Origin: an uncultured Bacillales bacterium
Lineage (GTDB): Bacteria > Bacillota_I > Bacilli_A > RF39 > UBA660
NCBI GenBank assembly: GCA_946539445.1
Contig: CAMNHK010000002.1
Span: 41,744 to 105,743, forward strand
DNA: 64,000 bases
Direction of reading: 5' to 3'
In this document: positions 8,229 through 17,434 of the stretch, one piece after another
Layout of the letters: each line of letters opens with the position of its first letter
Numbering within the stretch: the stretch's first letter is position 1
Program-made: the position numbers and the translations under genes
The notes under the pieces: model-generated
Database searches by the model: none
What the model saw: the letters and a program-made list of their open reading frames with translations, nothing else
Told to the model about the DNA's origin: nothing

Positions 8229-9106
8229 TCACCTTCCTTTACCTGATCAATCGAACCCATATAGCAAACGGAATATACTTGAGATTGATCTACAAATTCA
8301 AGATAAGCATAAATATGCCCATCCATAACATAATACCAACTATTAGCCGTTGGATAATAAGAATACGAATCTCTAGCTTCGATAGCCGTAAGATCTATTC
8401 TAGGATCATTTTTTTCTGCCATCCGAATCTGCTGTTCTCTCACCATATTCTCCATTTTTTGATAAACAATATTCCCATAATGTAAAACTGTGTGATCACT
8501 TAATTCTCCACTTTCACTAGAAATAGAGGTTTTTTGTAAATGATTTTTAAAAACACGAATGAATTCTTTGGAATAAAAATCCAAACTTCGTAGCATAGAA
8601 CGATCACTGGAAGAAGTGGATAATTCAAATTCTTGGCAAAGATTGGATAATGTATTTTCCTTTTCTTCCATCGTAGCAATAACATCATACTTACGGAGTG
8701 TTTCTTGGAAGAAAGAAAGAAAATCAGAATAATAATCATCCGAATAGTGAGTAATAAAGATTCGTGAGTTTGTCTTTAAGAAATCATTTTGAATCAAAAT
8801 TGGTATCAATTGCTGAATTCCTTCTTTTAACGATTTCCCTTCCAAGTTTTGATTATAAAGGCATTCACAATTTGGATGAAAAAAGAACAAATGAATCAAG
8901 GTCTCATCTGAATTTAATACAAGAGCAAACCGAATCGACTGATCCACTTCTATCTCCATCATAGTTTGGTATTCATTAACTTTTAAAAACGCATCACTAG
9001 AGCCTTGACTCTCTCGGTACTCAGGGATTAATTCTCGAACGGTATAATATCCTAACGCTCCTAAGACAAATAAAATTTCCAATAAGATTATTATCTTTTT
9101 CTCCAT
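8219..9106 (-). CDS. N-terminally anchored protein, unknown function, translationally coupled to PBP2B
   Basis: 295 aa with TM helix IIILLEILFVLGALGYY. The ATG lies 3 nt after the PBP2B stop, and the RBS GGAG sits inside the PBP2B 3' end. Confidence 0.8.
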   Translation of the reverse strand: MEKKIIILLEILFVLGALGYYTVRELIPEYRESQGSSDAFLKVNEYQTMMEIEVDQSIRFALVLNSDETLIHLFFFHPNCECLYNQNLEGKSLKEGIQQLIPILIQNDFLKTNSRIFITHYSDDYYSDFLSFFQETLRKYDVIATMEEKENTLSNLCQEFELSTSSSDRSMLRSLDFYSKEFIRVFKNHLQKTSISSESGELSDHTVLHYGNIVYQKMENMVREQQIRMAEKNDPRIDLTAIEARDSYSYYPTANSWYYVMDGHIYAYLEFVDQSQVYSVCYMGSIDQVKEGECS

Positions 9107-9109
9107 AAA

Positions 9110-11263
9110 CTACTCCGTCAAATATCGAGGAGCTAAAACAAGTTGAATTTCCATACCTTCGACAATAGGAGTGCCCTCGGCTATAGATTGAGAGGTAACA
9201 TAGCCAACTCCATCTAGACTTACTTTCAAACCAAGTTTTTGTAAAATATCTTTTGCGACCTTGGAAGATAAACCTGTAACATTGGGAACCGTTTGTGCAG
9301 GATCATTCGTAATGAAATAAACAACATCTAAATTCGTAATCGTATCAAAACTACTTGGAGATTGTTTAATAACTTTATCTCCATTTCCTAAAAGAACATA
9401 ACGTACTCCTAAAGAATCCAAAGTAACTTTGGCATTCTCCACTTTTTGATTAGAAAAATTAGGAAGTTCTATCGAATGAACTTCTAACGTAGAGATTTCA
9501 AAGTCCTGATTTCCATAATATTTAGAAACATTCTGAACAATTTCTTTAACAGCATTGCTAACCGGTTTTTGACTACCTCCACTAGGTCTTTTAACAGAAG
9601 CATAAATGATGATTTGTGGATTACTTTTTGGATAGATACCAGCGAAAGAGGAAATGATATCTTCTTTTCCAGACAAATAACCTCCGCCATTTTCATTAGC
9701 AATTTGAGCCGTTCCCGTTTTTCCAATTAATTCTCCACTTTCGATTCGATAACCACTTCCGGTATTACCAATTCCATTGACGCAATCATCCATAAGTTGA
9801 ATCATTTTCTGAACGGTAGCAGTAGAAGCCACTCTCTCAATTTCTTCTCTTTCATTTTCTAAAATAACTTCCCCAGTATCGGAATCAACAATTTTAGAAA
9901 TAATATAAGGTTCTAATAACATACCATCATTGGTAAGAGGAGTCATAGCTTTTACATTCTGAATGGGGGTAGTCGTAATTCCCTGTCCAAATCCAGCATT
10001 GTAAATTTCGGTCTCATATTTAAACTCTAAATTTCCTTTCGATTCATTTGGTAATTCAATACCCGTCTTACGACCAAATCCCAATTTACGGAAATACTGA
10101 CGAAGCATCACACTAGACATGTGACGACTTATCATATTAATAACTCCTACGTTACTACTCATAGCATAACCTTTATCAAAAGTAATATAACCCCATCCAT
10201 TACGATTCCAGTCCCCAATTTCCGTTCCATCAGACGTTACATAAACACCGGATTTATAAGTTTCGGTACCATCATAAACACCATTTTCCATAGCAGCCAT
10301 ATAAGTAAACGTCTTCATAGTACTTCCTGGCTCATAAGGAGCAGAAACCATCATATCCAAATAATTCGTAATATCTCGTACATTTGGATCGAAAGCAGGA
10401 GAAGTAGACGTAGCAAGAACAGCCCCTGTTTTTGCATCTAAAATCGTCACATGAAACCATTCCCAATCATAATCCCGATCGGAATTATGCAAAGCTTGCT
10501 CCAAGAAAAATTGAATATTTTCATCAATCGTTAAATAAATATCTTTTCCTTGAATCGCATCTTTAACATCCACAGGAGTATTAGCAATTCGATATCCTTG
10601 TAAATCCTTTTGATAGCGAGTATAACCATCTTCTCCCTTTAAAATTTCATTATATTGCTTCTCAATTCCCATTTCCCCTTTAATAGTAGAATCTTCATCA
10701 CTAGTTGCTTTCGTATATCCCAATGTATAAGAAGCAAAATTTCCTTTTGGATAATATCTTTTAAAAGTTTCAATAAAACCAAGACCTGGTAAATTCAAAT
10801 CATCAATTTGCTTTTTAACAAGTTCTGTTAATCCTTTCCCTTTTACCCCAAATTCTGTTTGATATAAATTTTCTTTCGAAAGATAATAAAGAATTTCTTC
10901 TTTTTCCATTCCCAAAATAGGAGCTAATTTCTCAGCCGTCTCTTCTTTGTTAATAACATGTTGCGGTTTTTTTTCATTAGTAGTACGTTTTGGATCTAAA
11001 TAAGCGATTAATGTATAAGAAGATACTGTTTGAGCAAGAGCTTCTCCATTAACGGAATAAATCGTTCCTCTTTTAGCGGGTTCTATATCCGTACGAGTGG
11101 TTCTTTTACTAGCTAGTTTTTGTAAATTAATACCATCAATTTCCGTGGAAATACCTAGTTGAATTACTCTTCCAATCATAAGGCAAAATAAAAGAAGAGA
11201 ACCAAAAATCAATATTTTCGAATATCTTATGGTATTTTTTCTCTTCTTTTTCACGGATCTCAC
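9110..11263 (-). CDS. pbpB: Class B penicillin-binding protein (PBP2B/FtsI/SpoVD type) with two PASTA domains
   Basis: 717 aa with an N-terminal anchor. Transpeptidase motifs S-T-M-K, S-S-N and K-T-G-T-A are present, plus two C-terminal PASTA-like repeats. Positioned after ftsL. Confidence 0.95.
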   Translation of the reverse strand: MRSVKKKRKNTIRYSKILIFGSLLLFCLMIGRVIQLGISTEIDGINLQKLASKRTTRTDIEPAKRGTIYSVNGEALAQTVSSYTLIAYLDPKRTTNEKKPQHVINKEETAEKLAPILGMEKEEILYYLSKENLYQTEFGVKGKGLTELVKKQIDDLNLPGLGFIETFKRYYPKGNFASYTLGYTKATSDEDSTIKGEMGIEKQYNEILKGEDGYTRYQKDLQGYRIANTPVDVKDAIQGKDIYLTIDENIQFFLEQALHNSDRDYDWEWFHVTILDAKTGAVLATSTSPAFDPNVRDITNYLDMMVSAPYEPGSTMKTFTYMAAMENGVYDGTETYKSGVYVTSDGTEIGDWNRNGWGYITFDKGYAMSSNVGVINMISRHMSSVMLRQYFRKLGFGRKTGIELPNESKGNLEFKYETEIYNAGFGQGITTTPIQNVKAMTPLTNDGMLLEPYIISKIVDSDTGEVILENEREEIERVASTATVQKMIQLMDDCVNGIGNTGSGYRIESGELIGKTGTAQIANENGGGYLSGKEDIISSFAGIYPKSNPQIIIYASVKRPSGGSQKPVSNAVKEIVQNVSKYYGNQDFEISTLEVHSIELPNFSNQKVENAKVTLDSLGVRYVLLGNGDKVIKQSPSSFDTITNLDVVYFITNDPAQTVPNVTGLSSKVAKDILQKLGLKVSLDGVGYVTSQSIAEGTPIVEGMEIQLVLAPRYLTE

Positions 11264-11273
11264 TTCCTAGTAA

Positions 11274-11570
11274 TTAATGATCTTGAACGGATCTTATATT
11301 ATTATTATTATAACTCAATCCTTGTTCTTCTGCAACTTCTTGAATCTTTGTTAAGGAAGCCAACTCATCAATGGTCATTTCTAACGACTCATTCGTCTTT
11401 TTTTGAATTTCAATTTCTTTCTTTTGCTTCTCTACTTCAAAATTTACTTTGGCTAAAGTTGCTTTAAAAAAAACAATAGAAATAGGAGCTATCACAACTA
11501 AAAAAACAGCCAAAGAATATAATAATCGTTCAAATTTTGATATTTTTACCTTTTGTTTAACTGTTTTCAT
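11274..11570 (-). CDS. ftsL: Cell division protein FtsL
   Basis: 98 aa, single TM helix plus coiled coil, ending EEQGLSYNNNNI. Canonical position between rsmH and the PBP gene. Confidence 0.8.
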   Translation of the reverse strand: MKTVKQKVKISKFERLLYSLAVFLVVIAPISIVFFKATLAKVNFEVEKQKKEIEIQKKTNESLEMTIDELASLTKIQEVAEEQGLSYNNNNIRSVQDH

Positions 11571-11581
11571 TTTTCCATCTC

Positions 11582-12514
11582 CTATTTTATTCTTTCAATA
11601 ACACGTAATTTAGAGCTTCTAGCTCTTGGATTGTTTTCAAGTTCTTCCTCACTTGGAACAATTGCTTTATTTTCAACCAAACGAAAGTCTGGTAAATACT
11701 CTTCTGGTATATTTGGCATACCTTTTAATTTTGGATCAATTTCACATTTCTCTTTAAAGAAGTTTTTTACGATTCGATCTTCTAAAGAATGAAAGGTAAT
11801 AACCGCTACTCTACCACCAACCGATAATAATTCAAGAGCTTGTTCTAGAGCAGGTTCTATCACATCCAACTCATGGTTCACTTCAATACGAATAGCTTGA
11901 AAGATTTGCCTTGCAGGATGCTTTTCCATTCGAAACTTCATAGGAACAGCACTTTTAATAACCTCTACCAATTCTAAAGTAGATTCAATTGGTTTATTTT
12001 GGCGATACTCCACAATTTTTTTCGCAATATTATTCGCAAATTTATCTTCTCCATATCGAAAAAAGATTCTAGAAAGTTCTTCCTTCGAATAGGTATTGAC
12101 AACATCATAAGCCGTTAAATCTTGATCTTGATCCATTCTCATATCAAGTCTGGCATCCACATGATAGGAAAAACCTCTCTCCCCTTCATCCAATTGAGGG
12201 GAAGAGACTCCTAAATCAAATAACACCCCGTCCACCTTTTCAACACCAAGTTTATTTAATTCGTCTTTCATATGGACGAAATTGCTTTTGATGATAGTGA
12301 AGTTAGTACCGACCTTAGAGAGACGATCGGTACTATGCCGAATTGCTTCACTATCTTGGTCAAAGGCGAATAAATACCCCATATTTATTCTTTCTAAGAT
12401 GTTACTACTATGTCCACCATAGCCAAGTGTCGCATCTACTATAATACTATTTTCTTTTAAATTTAGGGAGGAAATAGATTCATTTAGTAATACACTTATA
12501 TGTTTTTCCATCAT
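11582..12514 (-). CDS. rsmH: 16S rRNA (cytosine1402-N4)-methyltransferase RsmH (MraW)
   Basis: 310 aa with H-I-S-V-L-L-N-E, D-A-T-L-G-Y-G-G-H-S, F-D-L-G-V-S-S-P-Q-L-D and ITFHSLEDR. Confidence 0.95.
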   Translation of the reverse strand: MMEKHISVLLNESISSLNLKENSIIVDATLGYGGHSSNILERINMGYLFAFDQDSEAIRHSTDRLSKVGTNFTIIKSNFVHMKDELNKLGVEKVDGVLFDLGVSSPQLDEGERGFSYHVDARLDMRMDQDQDLTAYDVVNTYSKEELSRIFFRYGEDKFANNIAKKIVEYRQNKPIESTLELVEVIKSAVPMKFRMEKHPARQIFQAIRIEVNHELDVIEPALEQALELLSVGGRVAVITFHSLEDRIVKNFFKEKCEIDPKLKGMPNIPEEYLPDFRLVENKAIVPSEEELENNPRARSSKLRVIERIK

Positions 12515-12954
12515 AAGTTCACACTCTCGTTAAATAAATTTTCGGCTATGTCTGACATATTTTCTTTTGTAGAATCAAAGAAGGCATCCCAAGCTTCTTG
12601 GGACCATATTTCAAGGCGATCTCCCGTGCCAATAACGACACAGTCTTTGATAAGACTTGCATATGCAATAAGAGGGGCCGGAAGGTTCACACGACCTTGC
12701 TTATCCAATTCTACATCTGTAGCACCTGACATAAAGAAACGATTAAAAGTTCTCGCATCTTTTTTAGTGAAAGGCAAAGAGTTTAGTTTATCGGTTATTT
12801 TTGCCCAGTTCTCTTGAGAATAGACAAAAAGGCAATTTTCGATACCACGAGTAATTACAAAATTCTCACCAAGAGAATCACGAAATTTCGCAGGAATAAT
12901 AATTCTTCCCTTTTCGTCAATCGTATGATGATATTCTCCTATAAACATAAACAT
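12511..12954 (-). CDS. mraZ: Transcriptional regulator MraZ
   Basis: MFMFIGEYHHTIDEKGRIIIPAKFR and the second DKQGRVNLP SpoVT/AbrB-like repeat. The track ORF starts further upstream (12981) on a non-ATG codon. ATGs at 12954 and 12948 follow a GGGGG RBS. Confidence 0.9.
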   Translation of the reverse strand: MFMFIGEYHHTIDEKGRIIIPAKFRDSLGENFVITRGIENCLFVYSQENWAKITDKLNSLPFTKKDARTFNRFFMSGATDVELDKQGRVNLPAPLIAYASLIKDCVVIGTGDRLEIWSQEAWDAFFDSTKENMSDIAENLFNESVNL

Positions 12955-12992
12955 CCCCCACTTTTCACCACATTCAACCACTACCTACTCTA

Positions 12993-13021
12993 ATATTACA
13001 CAAATCCTTTCTTTTTGTAAA
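12993..13021 (-). promoter_or_regulatory. Candidate dcw (mraZ) promoter
   Basis: Minus strand: TTTACA (13016-13021), a 17-nt spacer, then TAATAT (12993-12998), about 40 nt upstream of the mraZ start. Confidence 0.5.
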
Positions 13022-13062
13022 GTTCAAAAAAGTTTTTTTTAGAAGTTTTACATTTCTTTACA

Positions 13063-13092
13063 AATAAAAAAAATCTTTCCTTTCGGAAAGAT
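13063..13092 (-). terminator. Terminator after the 154-aa gene
   Basis: Minus strand: ATCTTTCC-GAAA-GGAAAGAT hairpin followed by TTTTTTTTAT. Confidence 0.85.
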
Positions 13093-13094
13093 CC

Positions 13095-13559
13095 TTAAGC
13101 AGATAAACATCCAGCAAAAACGGGGACAACGGGAACATTGTATTTTATATATTCAACGTTCATTTTATGATCCGGATCAATAAAGATTCCTGACAAATGG
13201 TAATCGCAAGCAATACCATCTTCCCCAACAAAAGTAGAAATATCATATTGGAAAGAATCACGCAATTGCTCCATCGTAATAAAATAAGCTCCATTATCAC
13301 TAAGATAAAGATCTATCTTATATTCTCGATTATTATAGATGTCTTCTCCAATCGCAATTAATTTATCAGAAAGTTCTTTTTCATAACTTACAGACTCCTG
13401 AGTCTCTTTCTCTTCTTCCTCTACGTTTTCTTCTGGCTCTTTAGAATTATTTTCTTTTAGACGAACAGAATAATCAGAAATACTAAAATATCCAAAACCT
13501 AATAAACCAATAATCGCAATAAGGACCACAAAAATTAAAATCTTACGAGTTTTACTCAT
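13095..13559 (-). CDS. N-terminally anchored protein, unknown function
   Basis: 154 aa with TM helix ILIFVVLIAIIGLLGFGYF, an acidic linker and a Cys-containing C-terminal domain. Flanked by terminators on both sides. Confidence 0.7.
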   Translation of the reverse strand: MSKTRKILIFVVLIAIIGLLGFGYFSISDYSVRLKENNSKEPEENVEEEEKETQESVSYEKELSDKLIAIGEDIYNNREYKIDLYLSDNGAYFITMEQLRDSFQYDISTFVGEDGIACDYHLSGIFIDPDHKMNVEYIKYNVPVVPVFAGCLSA

Positions 13560-13605
13560 ATACTCACCTACTTCTTATCATATCCATTATACTGGGTTTC
13601 AATCC

Positions 13606-13642
13606 AAAAAAGAGAAAAAAAAGCAATTTTTTCAAATTGCTT
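13606..13642 (-). terminator. Terminator after yqeH
   Basis: Minus strand: AAGCAATT-TGAAAA-AATTGCTT hairpin followed by TTTTTTCTCTTTTTT. Confidence 0.85.
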
Positions 13643-13646
13643 TACA

Positions 13647-14657
13647 TTAGATTAAACTCTTGCGAAGAAAGGAATCAACATCCTTATCCATATATAAGTC
13701 AATAACGCCTTTATTGACAATCTTAATAAATCCTAATCCACTAATAACCAAATCTTCCTCATAGCCAACATTATAAGTCGTTTTATTTAAATCTTTTAAA
13801 TCAGAATTATTGGTTAAATTTAATAAACGTTTTACTTTCAAATCATTGGATAAAAATAAAGTAAAACTATTTTTTTCACCCTCAACATAATCAATTCTTA
13901 CTAAATTTTCAATCACAATAGATTGATTCTTACGAAGTTGATAGGTTCTTGGTTTTATCTCTTTCTTTACAGAAATTTTCTTGACCATTTTCTCATCCAC
14001 ATGATTCAACATAGAACCAGTATCGACTAGCCCTGGAGTATCAATAAGTGTCAAATGTTCATCAATTTCAATCGTCACCGTATTCAAAGTAGTAGAAGGC
14101 AAAGGACTCATAGTCAATTCTTGTTGATGATCCGAATAATTTTGAATCAATTTATTAATCAAACTACTCTTACCAGCATTTGTATGTCCAACAACATATA
14201 CATTCTTACTAGTTTGGTAAAACTTAATACGTTTCCATAGATAATCCATATTATAGTTTTTATTAACCGAAATTACGATTACTTCCTCAAAATGAAGATT
14301 TTTAGAATCCAAATATTGAATGAGTTTTTGTTCTTTTACAGACTTTGGAAAAACATCTTTTTTATTTAACACTAAAATCATTTTATTTGGTAATAAATTA
14401 CGAATCTCTTCCAAGTTCTTTTCAAGATTTACCAAATCCGTAATATAAAGAACCAAATCTTTTGTCTCAGCTACCTGTTTTAATATATTTAAATACTCGT
14501 CATTGGATTTCGTAACGACTTGATATTCACCATAGTTTTTCATACGAAAACATCTTTGACAAATATCATTTTCAAGATTCGTAGTATATCCTTCCAACAA
14601 AACATTCTCATCTTGCAGTAAGACACCACACCCTAAACACCTTTTTTCTTTATCCAT
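13647..14657 (-). CDS. yqeH: Ribosome biogenesis GTPase YqeH
   Basis: N-terminal zinc knuckle C-x-G-C-G...C-Q-R-C-F-R-M-K-N-Y-G-E and circularly permuted GTPase motifs (LNKKD, GHTNAGKSS, DTPG). The ATG at 14657 has RBS GAGGGAA. Confidence 0.9.
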   Translation of the reverse strand: MDKEKRCLGCGVLLQDENVLLEGYTTNLENDICQRCFRMKNYGEYQVVTKSNDEYLNILKQVAETKDLVLYITDLVNLEKNLEEIRNLLPNKMILVLNKKDVFPKSVKEQKLIQYLDSKNLHFEEVIVISVNKNYNMDYLWKRIKFYQTSKNVYVVGHTNAGKSSLINKLIQNYSDHQQELTMSPLPSTTLNTVTIEIDEHLTLIDTPGLVDTGSMLNHVDEKMVKKISVKKEIKPRTYQLRKNQSIVIENLVRIDYVEGEKNSFTLFLSNDLKVKRLLNLTNNSDLKDLNKTTYNVGYEEDLVISGLGFIKIVNKGVIDLYMDKDVDSFLRKSLI

Positions 14658-15168
14658 AATAGTTCCCTCGCTCAAATATTCCTTTTTTTTCGTAACGTTT
14701 GATAATACGGGCTTCGATTTTACGATTCAAACCTGTAATTTTCAAATCTTTTTCTCCTAACGGATCTACCAAAACTGTTTTAATATGAAATCTTTTTCCC
14801 GCTAAGATATCCGTCACAATTTGATCTCCAATTATACACATTTCTTTTTTGTAAAAATGGTACTTGTTTTTAATTTGCAATAAACCTTTAATAGAAGGTT
14901 TCATACTCCAAGCAACACCTTCTACTCCCAAATCCTCTAAATAAGGTTTTAAACGTTTACGAGTATTATTAGAACAAATCAATACCGTAAAATCTTTTTG
15001 GAGTTTTTTGATAAGTTGTTTGGCTTCCTCTGGACAATTTTTATGAGAAATTAATCCCAACGTATTATCCAAGTCAAAAATCAAGCAACGAATTCCTTCT
15101 TCTTTTAATTTTTGATAAGGAATATCAAAGATTGTTTTTTGATATATACTTGGTTTAAAAATTCCCAT
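14650..15168 (-). CDS. yqeG: YqeG-family HAD-IIIA phosphatase
   Basis: IFDLDNTL motif, C-S-N-N and G-D-Q-I-V-T-D-I. The ATG at 15168 lies 8 nt after AGGAG. Canonical yqeG-yqeH pair. Confidence 0.85.
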   Translation of the reverse strand: MGIFKPSIYQKTIFDIPYQKLKEEGIRCLIFDLDNTLGLISHKNCPEEAKQLIKKLQKDFTVLICSNNTRKRLKPYLEDLGVEGVAWSMKPSIKGLLQIKNKYHFYKKEMCIIGDQIVTDILAGKRFHIKTVLVDPLGEKDLKITGLNRKIEARIIKRYEKKGIFERGNYYG

Positions 15169-15212
15169 GTCCATCACTCCTACGGTATTATACACGAAAT
15201 TAAGAATTTTGT

Positions 15213-16652
15213 CTAATTCCCTACTCTTTGAGTAACCATCTCGGTATCCATCGTAATTTTCTCAAAAATGTATCCATTTTCTTTTCCATAGCGAATAATA
15301 TTACGGACAGCATCACGAGTATAAGTTTTGATATCATGCATTAAAACCATATTCTCACGATCTGATCTCAATCCATTCACTACATTATTATAAACTTCAT
15401 TTGGATCCGTTGTATTTCCAGCATCTCCACTAGAAACATTCCAATCATAATAACGGAAACCTCTTCTTAACACTTCCTGTGTTAAATAACTCATAATACC
15501 AACACAATATCTTCTACTGATCGTATTACTACTACCTCCAGGAAAACGAATAATAAAACTCTCCTGTCCTGTAATATTCTTAACTCGATTCTGAACCGCA
15601 TATAAATCTTCAAAATAAGCATCAGCAGAAGAATAAACATAAGCATAATTATGAGTATTTGTATGTAAAGCAACCGTATGTCCTTCCTCATATTCTCGTT
15701 TGATAAGTTCATCTGGTCCTTTTCCCGTAACAAAGAAAGTTGCCTTTACTCCTTCTTCTTTTAAAATATCCAAAATAACATTGGTAGTACCATCGTTTGG
15801 TCCATCATCAAAGGTTAAATAAATAATCCCCTTGCGTTCCCGAACAATAACCGTACGAGAAATACTTGCCGAATTTCCACTTGAATCTTCCACATGATAA
15901 GAAAGAGAATACTCTCCTAACGTATGAACATCAACATTTCCCTGAACGACCACTTTTCCACTTAAATCATCCGAACAATTATCGACTACACTAACACCAG
16001 GATCATGGAATTCTTCATCCAAAAAAGTATATAGAACTTCTCCTCCATTTAAGGTAAGAACAGGCGCTTCAATATCTTGATATAAAATATTTTTAGTAAC
16101 TTCCCTTTCATTTCCAGAACTGTCTTTTACACGATACGTAACAGCTCCTCGGTCTTTTCGAATACTAGCCTCAACCTTACTCGACAAGTCTCCATCATAA
16201 TTGTCGGTAGCCTCCACTTTCTCTGGTACAAACTCATCACCTGGACATAAATAAATATCACTATCATCGACTGCTAATTTAGGTTTTTTTAAGTCTTTTA
16301 CCAAAACCATACGTTTTACTTTTTTGGAAAAATTATGATATTGAACCGTATAATCAAGTTCATAAGAACCTAGTTTATTAGAATCTACTTTTCCTTTAAC
16401 CTTTACTCGTGAAGTAATATCCTTTTTTCCAACCGTAGCCGTATATCCTGCCTCTTTATACTCTTCTTGATAATTCAATGTAATCGTATGTTTTCCTTTT
16501 AAGTGAATTTGAGGAAAGAAAAAATAATATCCCAATCCCAAAAGAACACATAAAATACAAGCAACTACGATAGAAAGGAAAACATTCCAACGAAATAATG
16601 TATTTCTTTTCCAAAAACGATTCCAACTACGACGAATATTAATATTTTTCAT
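15213..16652 (-). CDS. Membrane-anchored polysaccharide deacetylase (NodB domain) with Ig-like repeats
   Basis: 479 aa. N-terminal TM helix, three repeats resembling Ig-like (DUF5011-type) modules, then Y-L-T-F-D-D-G-P, H-T-x-x-H and L-M-H-D, which are characteristic of CE4 deacetylases. Confidence 0.85.
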   Translation of the reverse strand: MKNINIRRSWNRFWKRNTLFRWNVFLSIVVACILCVLLGLGYYFFFPQIHLKGKHTITLNYQEEYKEAGYTATVGKKDITSRVKVKGKVDSNKLGSYELDYTVQYHNFSKKVKRMVLVKDLKKPKLAVDDSDIYLCPGDEFVPEKVEATDNYDGDLSSKVEASIRKDRGAVTYRVKDSSGNEREVTKNILYQDIEAPVLTLNGGEVLYTFLDEEFHDPGVSVVDNCSDDLSGKVVVQGNVDVHTLGEYSLSYHVEDSSGNSASISRTVIVRERKGIIYLTFDDGPNDGTTNVILDILKEEGVKATFFVTGKGPDELIKREYEEGHTVALHTNTHNYAYVYSSADAYFEDLYAVQNRVKNITGQESFIIRFPGGSSNTISRRYCVGIMSYLTQEVLRRGFRYYDWNVSSGDAGNTTDPNEVYNNVVNGLRSDRENMVLMHDIKTYTRDAVRNIIRYGKENGYIFEKITMDTEMVTQRVGN

Positions 16653-16705
16653 ACAACCACTACTCTCAACTGAAATTATATAAGATTATCCATTTTTTGT
16701 AAAGA

Positions 16706-17395
16706 TTACAAGCCTTCCTTTCGTCGAAGAAATTCTCTCAATAGTTTCGTTAAGGCTCTTTTTTCAATTCGAGAAACATAACTCCTAGAAATACCCATTT
16801 TTTTAGAAATACTTTTTTGTGTTTCTTCATCACAATTTTCTAATCCATAACGATGCATAATAATCTTTTTTTCTCTTGGCGTTAAAACATCCATATATTC
16901 ATATAATTTCCCAATATTATCTTTTAATTCTATAGAATCACAAAAATCCACATCTTCCGTTTGTAAAACATCTTGAATCGCAATCTCATTTCCATCTTTA
17001 TCATAACCAATAGCTTCATGAATTGAAACATCTTTACTATATTTATTGTTTTTTCGAAAATACATTAGTATTTCATTTTCAATGCAACGAGCACAATAAG
17101 TAGTAATACGAACCCCTTTTTCAAGGGAGAAAGTATCAACCCCTTTAATCAAACCAATGGTTCCAATACTAATTAAATCATCTAAATCATAATAAGAGTT
17201 TTCATATTTTTTCGCGATATGTGCCACTAATCGAAGATTATGCTCAATCAATCGATTGCGGCAATCCAAATCCCCTTTCATTTTACCCAAAATGCATACT
17301 TCTTCCTCTTCTTTACTGAGAGGTTCTAAAAAAACATCATTCGAATAACTTCCCATAAAACAAAAAAGTCCTCGAATGAATTCAAATAAAAACAT
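16706..17395 (-). CDS. sigK: Sporulation sigma factor, pro-sigma-K type
   Basis: 229 aa with LIEHNLRLVAHIAKKY, ISIGTIGLIKG, ARCIENEILMYFR and GISRSYVSRIEKRAL, as in B. subtilis SigK. The hydrophobic N-terminal pro-sequence ...FMGS/YSNDVFLEPL parallels ...LVS/YVKNNAFPQPL. RBS AGGTGA. Confidence 0.85.
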   Translation of the reverse strand: MFLFEFIRGLFCFMGSYSNDVFLEPLSKEEEEVCILGKMKGDLDCRNRLIEHNLRLVAHIAKKYENSYYDLDDLISIGTIGLIKGVDTFSLEKGVRITTYCARCIENEILMYFRKNNKYSKDVSIHEAIGYDKDGNEIAIQDVLQTEDVDFCDSIELKDNIGKLYEYMDVLTPREKKIIMHRYGLENCDEETQKSISKKMGISRSYVSRIEKRALTKLLREFLRRKEGL

Positions 17396-17434
17396 ATAAT
17401 CACCTAAAGTATTATATGTCTAAATTTGTCTATC

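Noticed and set aside
16706-17395. Calling the sigma factor SigE, the usual dcw-proximal sporulation sigma
   Set aside because: The region 2 and 4 strings (LIEHNLRLVAHI, ISRSYVSRIEKRAL) match my recollection of SigK and not SigE (LIERNLRLVVYI, ISQSYISRLEKRI). No spoIIGA gene precedes it.
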